DNA of 64,000 nucleotides from Centroscyllium fabricii (Eukaryota), in the NCBI GenBank assembly GCA_051313645.2, contig JBNRSN020000007.1, positions 291,648,001-291,712,000 on the forward strand, read 5' to 3'. Made by a program: the position numbers and the translations under genes. Each line of letters opens with the position of its first letter. Within the stretch, counting starts at the first letter, position 1. A model generated the notes under the pieces. The model was not told the origin of the DNA and did no database searches. It was given only the letters and a program-made list of their open reading frames with translations. Below, piece by piece: positions 52,250 through 64,000 of this stretch.

Positions 52250-52555
52250 TATAAGAATATAAGAAATAGGAGCAGGAGTCGGCCATTTGGCCCTTCGAGC
52301 CTGCTCCACCATTCAATGAGATCATGGCTGATCTACCTCAACTCCACTTTCCTGCACTAGCCCCATATCCCTTGATTCCCTTAATATTCAAAAATATATC
52401 AATCTCTATCTTGAATATACTCAACGACTGAGCCTCCAGGGTAGAGAATTCCAAAGATTCACCACCCACTGAGTGAAGAAATTTCTCCTCATCTCAGTCC
52501 TAAACAGCCGACCCCTTATTCCAAGACTGTGACCCCTGGTTCTAGACTCCCCTCA
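52250..52555 (-). mobile_element. CR1 3' fragment
   Basis: Tail aagaaataggagcaggagtcggccat; homologous to the 22495 copy. Confidence 0.78.
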
Positions 52556-52830
52556 TTCTTAAAAAAGACAAAAACTGTGCAGTTGCAATATATTTTGCCA
52601 AGAGTGCTGGAAATAAATTGTCAAATGGAGTCAGAGATTCAGTTGCACTGCTGGAATCTTAATGCTGTATAATAATCTGACAGAGCACACATATTTTCCC
52701 AGCTAGAGTATTGGCAGACTATAATTGCTATAAAATTGCAATACATTTCGAAGTGACTATAGTGCAAAAAGCAGGATGATTATACTGGATAATTTATCAG
52801 CATCAGAGTGTACACTAAGGTAGAATCTTA

Positions 52831-53226
52831 GAAACATAGAAGATAGGAGGAGTAGGCCATTAGGCCCTTCGAGCCTGCTCCGCCATTCAATGAGATCATG
52901 GCTGATCATCCAAACCCAGCACCCTGTCCCTGCCTTGTCCCCATATCCCTCGATCCCTATCGAGCCTGCACCAACATACATCCCACCCTATCCCCGTAAC
53001 CCCACATATTCAATCCCCCTAACACTAAGGGTCAATTTATCATGGCCAATCAACCTAACCCGCACATCTTTGGACTGTGGGAGGAAACCGGAGCACCCGG
53101 AGGAAACCCACGCAGACACGGGGAGAATGTGCAAACTCCACAGAGATAGTACCCGAGGCTGGATTTGAACCCGGGTCTCCAGTGCTATGAGGCAACAGTG
53201 CTAACCACTATGCCACCGTGCCGCCC
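52831..53226 (-). mobile_element. Full-length HE1/V-SINE-type SINE
   Basis: Near-identical reverse complement of 19207-19591. Confidence 0.9.
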
Positions 53227-54954
53227 TAAGGTAATGCATATACTCAATCTAACAAAAATCTCACCATTATCGTTGCTCATGAATTTAAATTCAGCTTCAA
53301 TTCACTGAAACCAATTCACCATCCATTGTGTAAAACACACAAATACCAGATTTCAAAACTGCTTGAACTCAATAAATGAAAGAATGCAACAAGACTAATC
53401 ATGTGGAAATGATACAGCAATACCTCCTAGTTTGAATAGTTACAAGCTGTTGAAATGTAATTGCTTACCCAGAGTTCATAAAAGTACTCAATTTCCACAA
53501 ACTAGAAAGAGCACTGGAGCGGTCTATGAACCCTCTGCTTGTATGAGTCAGTGTACAATATGTCTAGTCAAGGCTTCCACACCATCTATCTCACTTCCTG
53601 AGGGAAAGTTCTGCAAAATGTTTCACTGACTCCCCCAAAATACAACAGCTTGTGCTCATTACAAACACAGCATGCAAGCTAATAGCAGGTTAACTTTACA
53701 AGTCACCTTTATTTTTCACCTCCCTCAGTTGGGACTGTACATTTTTCACAGCCTGCATTGGTTGTGTAGAATCTGTGTACTTCTGCAAGTCAGAGGAAGG
53801 GGACCAGTGTGAAATTTATCAATGTACTAAAATTGATGCAAAATACAATAAATTAATACATTTTGTGGGGTCTTTTGACTTTGTAAAATTCACTCAAGTG
53901 CAACCCATGGGAAAAAAATGTAGCTCGTTATTCAGGATGCTAAATTTTTCCAGTTAACATTATTTGTCTTTAACCCTTTCAGTTATTGTGAAGCTGTATT
54001 TAAATATTTTTAAATTACTGATAACTATTTAAAATTCTTACTAATTTTCATGCATTCCATTGCACTACAATTGTGAAATAATGTTTAGAAATGCTCTGCC
54101 AAGTTAATGTTGTTAATTTTGGTCAAACCGAAAAGTTTATGCGAGTAGGATCAACACCAATAGCATTATTTATGATGATGAAATCACTTTAGTGCAGTTT
54201 GTGATTAATCAGTTGCACATCCACCTCATGTACTGCAATACTAAACACTCCTCAAATTTCATGTAATTAAGACAATTTCCTTTGCCAGTGTCACTGTAGG
54301 AAGACCTTTTAATGGTCATGCCAGCATATGTTTAACTTACTAATATAACTGGACAGCTGATAAACACAAACTACCAAACTAAAATTAACTTCGGAAAACT
54401 TGGTTCAGCTCTATAATAAAAAAATAAACAAATCTGCAGGAAGCGGTTTCTGTTGAAGGTTTTAACTATTCCCTCCACAGGGGTGGATTCAAACACATTT
54501 TACAGAAAACTTCAGGTAAAAGATCGCTTATTAAGAATGAGCAGCATGGCTTTAACTAGAGTAAAAATTAGAAACAAAGCCACTGTTGGGTGCAAGTATT
54601 TCACCTGATGCTCGCTAACTTCGCCCTCTCCCATCACCATCTTCAATGCAAGCATTATAATATGTACCTAACCAACTGTTAAATTCAGATCATGGGTTGC
54701 CCAATATCCTCCTTTACTTTGTGAAATGAGTAAGCCCATTGATTTGTTGCAGCGTACTCTGTTGTGACAAACCACTCACTTTTTGTAAACTACCCGTGAC
54801 ATGGTATCAGTCTCACCCGAGTCAGAAGGTTTAAGCCCCACTTCAGAGGCTTCAACACAATCTAGGTTGGCATTTCAGTTCAGTAGCACAGAAGTGAGGC
54901 ATTGTCAGAGGTGCTGTCTTACGGATGAGACATTAAACCAATGCCCAGTCTAAT

Positions 54955-55132
54955 CATAGACTCCCTACAGTGCAGATAGAGACCATTTCGGCCCATCGAG
55001 CCTGCACTGACACATATCCCACCCTATCCCCGTAACCCCACATATTCAATCCCCCCTAACACTAAGGGTCAATTTATCCTGGCCAATCAACCTAACCCGC
55101 ACATCTTTGGACTGTGGGAGGAAACCGGAGCA
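54955..55132 (-). mobile_element. Truncated V-SINE with a different CR1-type tail
   Basis: Body matches 52975-53095; tail differs. Confidence 0.7.
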
Positions 55133-55489
55133 ATTATAGATCATTGAAGTCTACTTATTTGTCACAGTAAGTTTAATCTGAAATCTCAGACAGTTGTGAT
55201 AAAGTTGTTGAATGCAAGAACAGGTGATTGCTGATGAAATGTGCTCCTGCACTGTAAGAAAACTTTAAAAAAATCTATTATTGTTAACTTGTGCATTTTC
55301 AGATAGTAGAAACTTGAATGCTGGAATCTGCTGCACAAGGTGGTAATGCTGTGGGCCAGGCTTCAGCTGCAATTCAGTGCTCAGCTGACTGTAGCGTTCT
55401 GATTTAACTTTCTACTATCTTGCATAGTTAATTCAGATTTTTTTAAAGCACAGGTCGATTTAAAAACATGCAACTTGGAGGCATCGCAG

Positions 55490-56526
55490 TCGTCGTAGCA
55501 AGAAGAGTAGGTCGGAGGCTTGGTATTCTGCAGCGAGTGTCTCACCTCCTGACTCCCCAAAGCCTTTCCACCATCTACAAGGCACAAGTCAGGAGTGTGA
55601 TGGAATACTCTCCACTTGCCTGGATGAGTGCAGCTCCAACAACACAAGAAGCTCGACACCATCCAGGACAAAGCAGCCCGCTTGATTGGCACCCCATCCA
55701 CCACCTTCAACATTCACTCCCTCCACCACCGGCGCACTGTGGCTGCAGTGTGTACCATCTACAACAGCGGTCTCCAACTGCCGGTCCGCGGGACAGGTTT
55801 ACCGGTCCGCGAAAGGTCCTGAGAATCCGTGCATGCGCCGATGCAACGACCTCGCCGCGGACCGTCGGCTAATGATCGGCGCATGCGGCGATTCACAGAC
55901 CCTGCCGCGGCCCGTTGGCAACTGATGGACTGGCCGCGGCAGGGTCTGTGAATCGGCGCATGCGCTGATTCTCAGAACCTTCCACCGACGGAAGACGAGG
56001 CAGAGACGGCTGTCAGGACCTCCGCCGGTCAGTCTAATTACCCCGCCAGAACCCCCCCCCCCCCCCCGAGACTAAAAGTCTCCGTCAGGACCCCCCACAC
56101 CGGTCCGCGAAGAAATTGACAAGCCCAAAACGGGCCGCCAACGCACAAAGGTTGGGGACCCCTGATCTACAAAATGCACTGCAGCAACTCGCCAAAGCTC
56201 CTTCAACAGCACCTTCCAAACCTGCGACCTCTACCACTTAGAAGGACAAGGGCAGCAGACGCATGGGAACAGCACCACCTACAAGTTCCCCTCCAAGCCA
56301 CACACCATCCTGACTTGGACCTGTATCGCCGCTCCTTCACTGTCGCTGGGCCAAAATCCTGGAACTCCCTTCCTAACAACATTGTGGGTGTACCTACACC
56401 ATATGGACTGCAGCAGTTGAAGAAGGCGGCTCACCACCATCTTCTCAAGGTCAATTCGGGATGAGCACTAAATGCAGGCCTAGCCAGCCAGCGACGCCCA
56501 CATCCCATCAATGGATTTAAAAAAAA
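55490..56526 (+). mobile_element. 3' fragment of the tRNA-headed LINE family, interrupted by a hAT MITE
   Basis: YKAQVRSVMEYSPLAW; near-identical to the reverse complement of 27257-27870. Confidence 0.88.
55765..56164. mobile_element. hAT (Charlie-like) MITE, 400 bp
   Basis: 8-bp TSD ATCTACAA; TIRs CAGCGGTCTCCAAC / GTTGGGGACCCCTG. Confidence 0.9.
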
Positions 56527-56924
56527 CTGAACGACAGCCCTGAAGCCCTCTCTAGCTTCTGTTCCTCCCATTTATGGCTCAATTTATTTGCAAACACTAA
56601 TTCATCATTTTCAAGATATTTTAATTAAACTTAAAACAATATTTACACAGAAGATTTAAGTGGATTTAGAGGCGTCATCAAAAATGCTTTACGTAATATA
56701 AAATGTGGACATTGTGGATATTCATTTGTGTACACCTTACCTAGAATATTTAAGAAACTTCCTGCGGGTGATTGTAATATTTGGTACAGCAAAGTAGAAA
56801 AGGAAGATTTGTTTAAGGTGACGAATTTTCCCGTAGATTACTGTTCTCGCTGCATAGTGCTAATTTCACAACGTGGGCGTTCCAAATTATCCTGTCATGT
56901 GATTATATTCCCGAGTGTCCTTTA

Positions 56925-57289
56925 ATGGTCAGAATGTTATGGGCTCGAGCCCCATACCAGGACGTGAGCACATAATCTCAGCAGACACGTTACTACACCA
57001 CTGAGGGAACGCTGCTTCATGGGAGGCGCCATCTTCTAGATGAAATGTTGCACCCCGCCTGCCTGTTCAGGTGGATGTATGGCACTGATGGAAAAGGAGC
57101 TGGGCAGTTCTCCCAGTCATAACCAACATTCGCTCCTCCAGCAAAAAGCAGACTGACCAATCATTCGCTGTTGTTCTTGGGACCTTCCTACAAAGAAATT
57201 GTCTACGGTGTTAACAGCGACTGGCCTACACAAGTAACTCATTAGCTTTGAAGCTCTTTCAGAATGTCTCGAACACTATATAAATCCAA
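56925..57289 (+). mobile_element. Old DeuSINE-type SINE; tail continues at 57832-57855
   Basis: Homologous to 59570-59995. Confidence 0.6.
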
Positions 57290-57831
57290 AATGCAAGAAG
57301 TCACACACCAGGTTATAGTCCAACAGTTTTATTAGAAATCACAAGCTTTCGTCAGGTGAAAGAGAAGCTGATTTAAAGAACGCACATATGGAAGGGAGAG
57401 AGAAATCTGATCTCACCTTGGCAGAGATAGACAGAGCACACAAAGGTGTATTAACATATTTTAACACATCAGTCTGAGATCAATGAGGCACAGTCACAAG
57501 GGGTCAAATGCGGCAAAACCCACAATGATCATTGTGTGTTTTGCAGCATTTGACCCCTTGTGACTGTGCCTCGTTGATCTCAGACTGATGTGTTAAAATA
57601 TGTTAATACGCCTTTGTGTGCTCTGTCTATCTCTGCTAAGGTGAGATGTGGGAGATCAGATTTCTCTCTTCCTCCCATATGGGCGTTCTTTAAGTCAGCT
57701 TCTCTTTCACCTGACAAAGGGGCAGAAGCTCCGAAAGCTTGTGATTTAAAATAAAACTGTTGGACTATAACCTGGTGTTGTGTGACTTCTTGCATTTGTC
57801 CACCCCAGTCCAACACCGGCACCTCCACATC
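57290..57831. mobile_element. Penelope-derived palindromic insertion (inverted pseudo-LTRs), 12-bp TSD
   Basis: Symmetry axis 57528/57529; ATATAAATCCAA at 57278-57289 and 57832-57843; about 34-nt unpaired 3' extension. Confidence 0.87.
57707..57744 (+). ncRNA. Minimal type I hammerhead ribozyme motif, core mutated (CUGACAA)
   Basis: TCAC-CTGACAA-A-GGGGC-agaa-GCTCC-GAAA-GC-TT-GTGA. Confidence 0.75.
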
Positions 57832-59569
57832 ATATAAATCCAAGTCCTTTCTTTATGGAGACTTTGCTGTAATGTTTAAAGTGCCACCCTGCGAATCAGA
57901 ATTAAACCGTGGTTCTGTCCGCCTGCTCCAACTGGTCAGGTGGATCTTAAAAGATTCCATTGCACGATTTGAAGAGGGGCAGAGTTCAGCCAGTGTCCTA
58001 GCCAAATTTCCTCCATCACCTTCAGCACCAAAAAAAATCAGATTTAGCTGCTGATTCATCGCACTGTTGTTCCTGGGATGCTGCTGTTGCAGAACTGCAC
58101 CTGCCTGCAGAACAGTCACTCCAAAAATAACTGACTGGATGAGAAGCACTTTAAGATGGTTTGATTGAATAACTGCAAGTATTACTACTTTTTAAACTTT
58201 CATTTATACTGCATATTTCATGCAATTGTTAAAACCCTTTTTGTGGAGCGAATGAGAACATTTCTACACGTTAAGGAAATACAAGTCACAAAATATTGAT
58301 CCCTATACTTTTTTATCTATTCTGTAAGGTTACTCCACACAGCAAGCTCTGGCTTCACTCCAATCATTGATGCTGTGTTTATTAACACTTGTCATCATTG
58401 TATGCTAGAATCAAAGAAGGAAAATACATGGACAGAATTGAGAAAAAAATAATTGAGTATTGGTAATCATTTAGATGCTGCCAGGCACTGGGAACAATAG
58501 CATAATTGTAGCTTGCATTTGACTCCATCTCCAAGTCAGTCCTAAATGTAATTCTGCTGTCTACGAGTTAGGTAACACAGTTCTGTGGTCTATTTCATAA
58601 TCTGATCATACTAACCTTTAAAATAAAGTATCACATTGACTAATGTAGTTACTCTTCTTTGGCCCATTTATGCATAAACCAAAGATGCACCTCTTTATTT
58701 TCAAATACAGTGGCTTTTCTTGTGGTACCTGCCTTCACTTATAGCTTCCGGTTCCTTAGTTCCACTTTCCTGCATACGCTGGTCATTACAAAAATGTTCT
58801 CAAGCTGACCATCGCCAGGTATCTCTCAAATGCACAGAAGCGTCTTTCCTTTTTTCTTGCGGTGCGAAGCAGCGTTCGTTCTTGGGAATGGCTTCCATGG
58901 ACATAACTTAGCGAGACATACCCAGGGTAACTTGTAATATTTGACGTCCAACCAAGGCTAAACAATGCAAAATTCCTTCCCCCAATAATCCGTGCACCAG
59001 ATTCAAAAACTTCAGATTAGCAATTGCAATAAAAATGTATAAGTAATTGAAAGTGTAAACAAGAGATGGAAATATTTAAGTTATGGATTTTTACATGTAG
59101 CTTTATGTTTAAGCCAGAAAATGACGTCCAAATAGCAGCTTATATAAAGTGACTCAGACATGATCGATTCCATGGGTGTTAATTATTTTCATAGTCCCTA
59201 TGTTGTAGAATTAACAGGTGAACTCAACTATCTGACTTGTGCAACATCTGTTTTAAAAGAAACCTTTCGAAGTAGAATATTGGCAGTACGTGGCAGATTT
59301 CTGCTCATGTGAAAGATCAAACTTCCTTATGTTTGCTGTAGTTGTGCTTCACAAACCTTTCACCTTCACGACAGATCTGTTGCAATACAACTGCCACTAG
59401 TGTAAAATGTCAGGATAGCTAATCGTGATATTTGGACTGGATGCAAACCAGCAGGTCAATTACAAAGATCTTCATGAATCTAAATATTATGTTGAATGCC
59501 TAGCTGTTTAGTACACATCTTTTTTCAATAGGGCACCAATTTTGACATGGAAGAGAAATCAGTAAAAAA

Positions 59570-59995
59570 AAAACTTGCATTTATACAATGCCTTTTACGT
59601 CCTCAGGATGTCCCAAAGCATTTCACAGCCAATGAAGTACTTTTGAAGCGTAGTCACTGTTGCATTGTAGGGAAATGTAACAGTCAATTTGCACATAGTT
59701 AGGTCCAACAAACAGCAATGAAATAATGACCAGATCATCTGTTTTAGTGGTATTGTTTGAGGGGTAAATGTTGGCCAGGACACTGGGGAGAACGCCCTTG
59801 CGCTTCTTCGAAACAGTGCAATGGGATCTTTTACGTCCAGCTGAAAGGGCAGGCGGGGCCTCGGTTTAATGTCTTATTCAAAAGACAACACCTGCAAAAG
59901 TGCAGCGCTCCCTCAGTACTGCGCTGAAGTGTCAGCCGGGATTAAGTGGTGCTTGAACCCACAACCTTCTGACTCAGAGGTGAGAGTGCTACGAA
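59570..59995 (-). mobile_element. DeuSINE-type (SacSINE1-like) SINE
   Basis: tRNA-like head ggttgtgggttcaag, Deu-domain-like gtgtcctggccaacatt, L2-type tail ataaatgcaagtt. Confidence 0.75.
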
Positions 59996-62029
59996 CTATA
60001 CAGTGCAGAAGTTACTGGTTGCAAAGAAAACTCAAAAAGCAATGTGTAACCAAGTTATCACAGATAACTGAAATCATGACGGGGTCAGGTCGGATTGTCG
60101 CTTACTTTGTCTGATATTACAATTTACTGCAAAAGTGCCTAATTTTAATATTTAATGAGTTAATCATTGCAGATTTGTAACCACTCTGAACGTTTTATTG
60201 CAGAATAAAACACTGCAGAGACTGGATGGCAGCGAGAGTTAGGACTGCTTTTCATTCCAGGACCTGGGCTTGAGTTCAATCAAAACTGATGGATTGAACT
60301 GAAACCCACTGCTGGTTTCAAGAGTAAACACAATCTCAATCTAACTCTCAGCACAAACCTATCAATAATCCAATCAATGTTAAAAATGAATAAATGTTCA
60401 GTGGCTTGCTTTTTGTAAAACCATCAATCCATCATGTACATTTGTACGCTATTAAAAGGGTTGATAATGCCGTATTTGATGAAGTGACAGATTGGCAGCA
60501 CTAATGTTTGCCAGTGACAAAGATAGTCATTGCTCCAGCATTGGCACCTCATTCTGACAGACAACTCATGATGGTGGAATATGGCTATTTCATAACAATG
60601 GTTATAGAAGTGTCACCATGTTGAAAATAGAACCTCATGTCCCTCAATGCAGAAGCACAAGACATTCAAGGAAAACTGCACTACCCTCTCAACAGAGTCA
60701 GCTGACACCATGAAACTTAGAATAATTTTATTATGCCTTAGCCTACGAGCACATACTCAGAAGGGCTCCCTCTCACCTACCCATTTCCTCAGGGATGCCA
60801 GAGCCTGTCGAGGGGAAGTCCCTTGTGAAGTTTGGAGAGCAAGTAATTCCTTGATAGATACGAACAACTAGAGATCAGGTTTCTTCCACTCATTTTAAAA
60901 CCATAATTAAGTGTTTTTTGAGGTATTAAAAATATTAAATGTAACAATTAAAATTATTAAATGCAACAAGCACATTGTTGGGCAAACAGTCAGCTCCATG
61001 GATGCTCCCTGTTAAAAATAATCCAGAGCACAAAGGGAAGTCATTCATCGAGCCTGCTTTAATTTCAATTTAAAACTGGCTTTTCAGAAGATGTGTTCAT
61101 AGCTATGGACACAATATGGGCATTAATCCTACTTTTTAGAGTCATAGAGCAATATAGCACAGAAAGAGGCCCTTCAGCCCCTCGCTTGGGAGCAAATCAT
61201 CTGCTCACCCCCTGATCCAACATGGTGTGCTTCCACAACTCTTCAAATTTAAAATGTATAGCCTCTTGTTATATTCCCCTCATGGCCTTGCATTCCCCCC
61301 AATCTCTGTCACCAGCTCCCCCCCGCCAACATAAAGAACCCAGTGTTCCTCAGACTCTGGCCTCTTGTGCATCTCAGCCTTCTAAGCTCCATGCATCAGG
61401 ATTCCCTCCCGGAACCTCTCTACCTCATTCTTCTCTTTTAGGACCCTCCTTAAAACCCACCTCTTTGACCAAGCTTTTAGTTACCCTACCCAATATCTTT
61501 CTTTAGCTCATCATTATTGTTTGATTAAGCTTCACTGTGGGACTACTTTCTATGCTAAAAATGCAACTTGTTATTGAAGATTGGACATCTTTTAACAACA
61601 GTGGTATGGGAACAGGTTACCTGTGCTAACTCTCAATCCACAACTGGTGACCAATGCTTGGGGGGAGGGGGAGGATTTGCTCAGCTATTTCAATGCAGTT
61701 TCTCCACTTGTAAATAGCACAAACTTTGCAGAAAATTGCTCATCAAAATATCAACATGAAGGTATAAATTTGTGCAAGTTTTTATTGAACAGATATGAAT
61801 TACTTTTTATGAATAAGCTCCCCCAATAATTACATTTTGATCTCCACCACACCTTTTTCAAATTGAATCACAATTTGCAAACAAATCAGTAGAGGGTTTG
61901 GCAAATAGTGAGGAGGATTATATGACTTCGGGAGGGCAGACAGGTTAGCAGAATGGGCAGAAAGGTGACAGGTACAATTCAATTTGCAACTGTGGGTTTA
62001 AAAAATAAAAACCATGCTCAGGATGTCAG

Positions 62030-62710
62030 CCCAGAGTGACTTGCTCGGCCACTTAAGAGGGCAGTTAAGCGTCAACCATGTTGGATTTGGACCGGAGTCA
62101 CATATAGGCCAGACCAGATAAAGACGGCAGGTTTAATTCCCTAAAGGAGATTAGTGAACCAGTTGTGTTTTACCACAATCCAACAGAGCCTCATGGTCAC
62201 TTTTATTGAACCAGATTTTTTTTTTAATAAACTGAATTGTAATTCTCAAACTGCCATGGAAGGATTTGAATTTTCTCTGATTATTACCCCAGGCCTCTGG
62301 ATTACTGGTCCAGTGGACGACACGGTGGCGCAGTGGTTGGCACTGCTGCCTCGCAATAAGGAGCTCCTGGGTTCAAATCCTGCTTGACCTGGGAACTCAC
62401 TGCGTGGAGTTTGAATGTTCTCCCCGTGTTCGTGTGGGTTTCCTCCGGGTACTCCGGTTTCCTCCCACCACCCAAAGACATGCAGGTTAGGTGAATTGGA
62501 TACACTAAAAATTGCCCGTGAGTATGTGTGTGAGATATAGTTCTTGGAATTGGGGGTGTCGGGGGATATGGGGAGGGGGTAGGAGGGGGGTGCTCGGTTT
62601 GGATGATCAGCGATCATCTCTTCAAAATGGCGGAGCGGGCTCGAAAGGCCTACTCCTGCTCCTATCTTCTGTGTTTCTGTGTAACATAACCACGACACTA
62701 CCGTACCCCA
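62030..62710 (-). mobile_element. Short tRNA-headed element homologous to the 5' end of the 27257-32260 LINE, split by a V-SINE
   Basis: gagtgacttgctcggccacttaagagggcagttaag matches 31944-31980; head resumes after 62682. Confidence 0.65.
62315..62682 (+). mobile_element. tRNA-derived V-SINE nested in the preceding element
   Basis: Box A TGGCGCAGTGG, box B GGTTCAAATCC, V-domain, CR1 tail. Confidence 0.87.
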
Positions 62711-62759
62711 CTGCTGGTACTATTTTGAGGAGACAGAGAAGGAATGGGAATAGAAATTC

Positions 62760-63680
62760 AATGGAATGATGCAGATGGGTGTAAATATATAATTACTTGA
62801 AAATGCAAGTGCAAGTAGATAAAGCATTAAAATATCAGTGACGTTTTGTTTATAGATAGGGGTATAAAGTATTAGAGATTATAAATTTGTATTAAAATCA
62901 ATGGTTAGGCAACAGCAAAGAGTACTGTGTGCAGTTTTTGGTTGTCTGATTATAGAAAGGACATTAAAGTCAGAAATCATGCTGTATAGATTCACCAGAA
63001 TGATACAAGGGCTGAGAAGCTATGAGAATAGACTTGAGATACTAGAACTATATCCACTGATAATTAGTTAAGGAGGATTAATCTACTTTCTTTTAAAATG
63101 ATTAAGGGTTTTGATAGGATAAGAGAAAAACCATTTTCTTCTGGTTGGCAAGTCAATGATGAAACGTCATCCACTGCCATTAAAGCCGTGAGAGAAATCA
63201 CTTTACGCTGGAATGATTTGCCACAGGGAGTGGCTGAGGCAGACACTTCCATTTTTAAAGGAAGAGTAGATAAATATTTAAATCACCAACTTGTATTTAT
63301 ACAGCACCTTTATAGTAAAACGTCCCAAGACGCTTCCCAGGAGCGTTATCAAACAAAATTTGACACAGCCACATAAGGAGATAGTGGAACAGAGGCCAAA
63401 GAGGAAGGTTTTAAGGAGCATCTTGGAGGAAAGAGAGGCGGAGAGGTTTAGGGAGGGAATTCCAGAGCTTAGGGCTTGGGCAGCTGAAGGCACGGCCACC
63501 AATGGTGGAGTGATTAAAATCAGGGATGCTCAAGAGGCCAGAACTGGATGAGCGTAGATATCAAAGGAAGATACAGGGCTATGGGGAGAGCGCGGTGCAG
63601 TGGGATTAGTTACAGGTTGAACTAGCAAAGAGCTGGCACAGACAGGCTGGGCTGAATGGCCTTCTGAGCTGCAAACATCT
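62760..63680 (+). mobile_element. Old CR1 remnant with an L2-type tail fragment inserted (63287-63560, minus)
   Basis: gagtactgtgtgcagtttttgg, MIKGFDRI; aacttgtatttatacagcacc tail. Confidence 0.65.
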
Positions 63681-64000
63681 TTGGTTCTAATTTATGCCAC
63701 ATTCTACTCCTGCATGATCCACTGCAAATTTCTTGCTCAGTTTACGAAAAAACTGTACAACTGGTTAATATTTCCACCAACATATTTTCTAAAGTACAAG
63801 ATTAAAAGAAAACATTGAAAAAATACATTAAGGTTTTTAAACAATGGTTCTGATTCTGCCGATGCATTAACAAGTTTCAGTGCAGAGAGACATAGGCAGA
63901 ATCCACTCTGCTTGTTTCAAATGTCACCAGGGCACGGGGCGAGAATAAAAATCACAAAGAAACTCAAACTAAGATGCAGGTTTTTTTTTTAAGCAGCTAG

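Noticed and set aside
58826-58957. Frame PWLDVKYYKLPWVC... resembling a short-isoform tail
   Set aside because: It needs a phase 0 acceptor but the intron is phase 1; similarity too weak
1-64000. Prokaryotic systems (CRISPR arrays, operons, retrons, defence islands)
   Set aside because: The DNA is spliced vertebrate sequence; all RT ORFs belong to LINE, Gypsy or Rex1 elements; no spacer-repeat array was seen

Overview
This is eukaryotic DNA, not prokaryotic. The repeat content (HER1/CR1 LINEs, HE1/V-SINE-type and DeuSINE-type SINEs) points to a cartilaginous fish. Nine consecutive internal coding exons of a DIDO1-type gene lie on the minus strand (51804 down to 1891). They are GT-AG bounded and phase-consistent, and encode the TFIIS-central and SPOC domains; the 5' PHD exons and the large last exon fall outside the window. 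The introns are packed with transposons: a full-length decayed Gypsy LTR element (both LTRs, PBS, PPT, 5-bp TSD), young CR1 and Rex1 copies, an ORF1-less LINE with a tRNA-derived head, Penelope-like fragments with hammerhead-ribozyme motifs, and hAT, Tc1/mariner and PIF/Harbinger MITEs. Most notable are (1) tiny TSD-flanked Penelope/hammerhead-derived insertions and fold-backs, (2) the tRNA-headed LINE and its short derivatives, (3) a perfect 118-bp inverted repeat beside a SPOC exon, and (4) inverted young repeat pairs bracketing in-frame exon blocks. All calls were made by eye without database searches, and boundaries of old repeats are approximate. I cannot establish that any of this is new to science.
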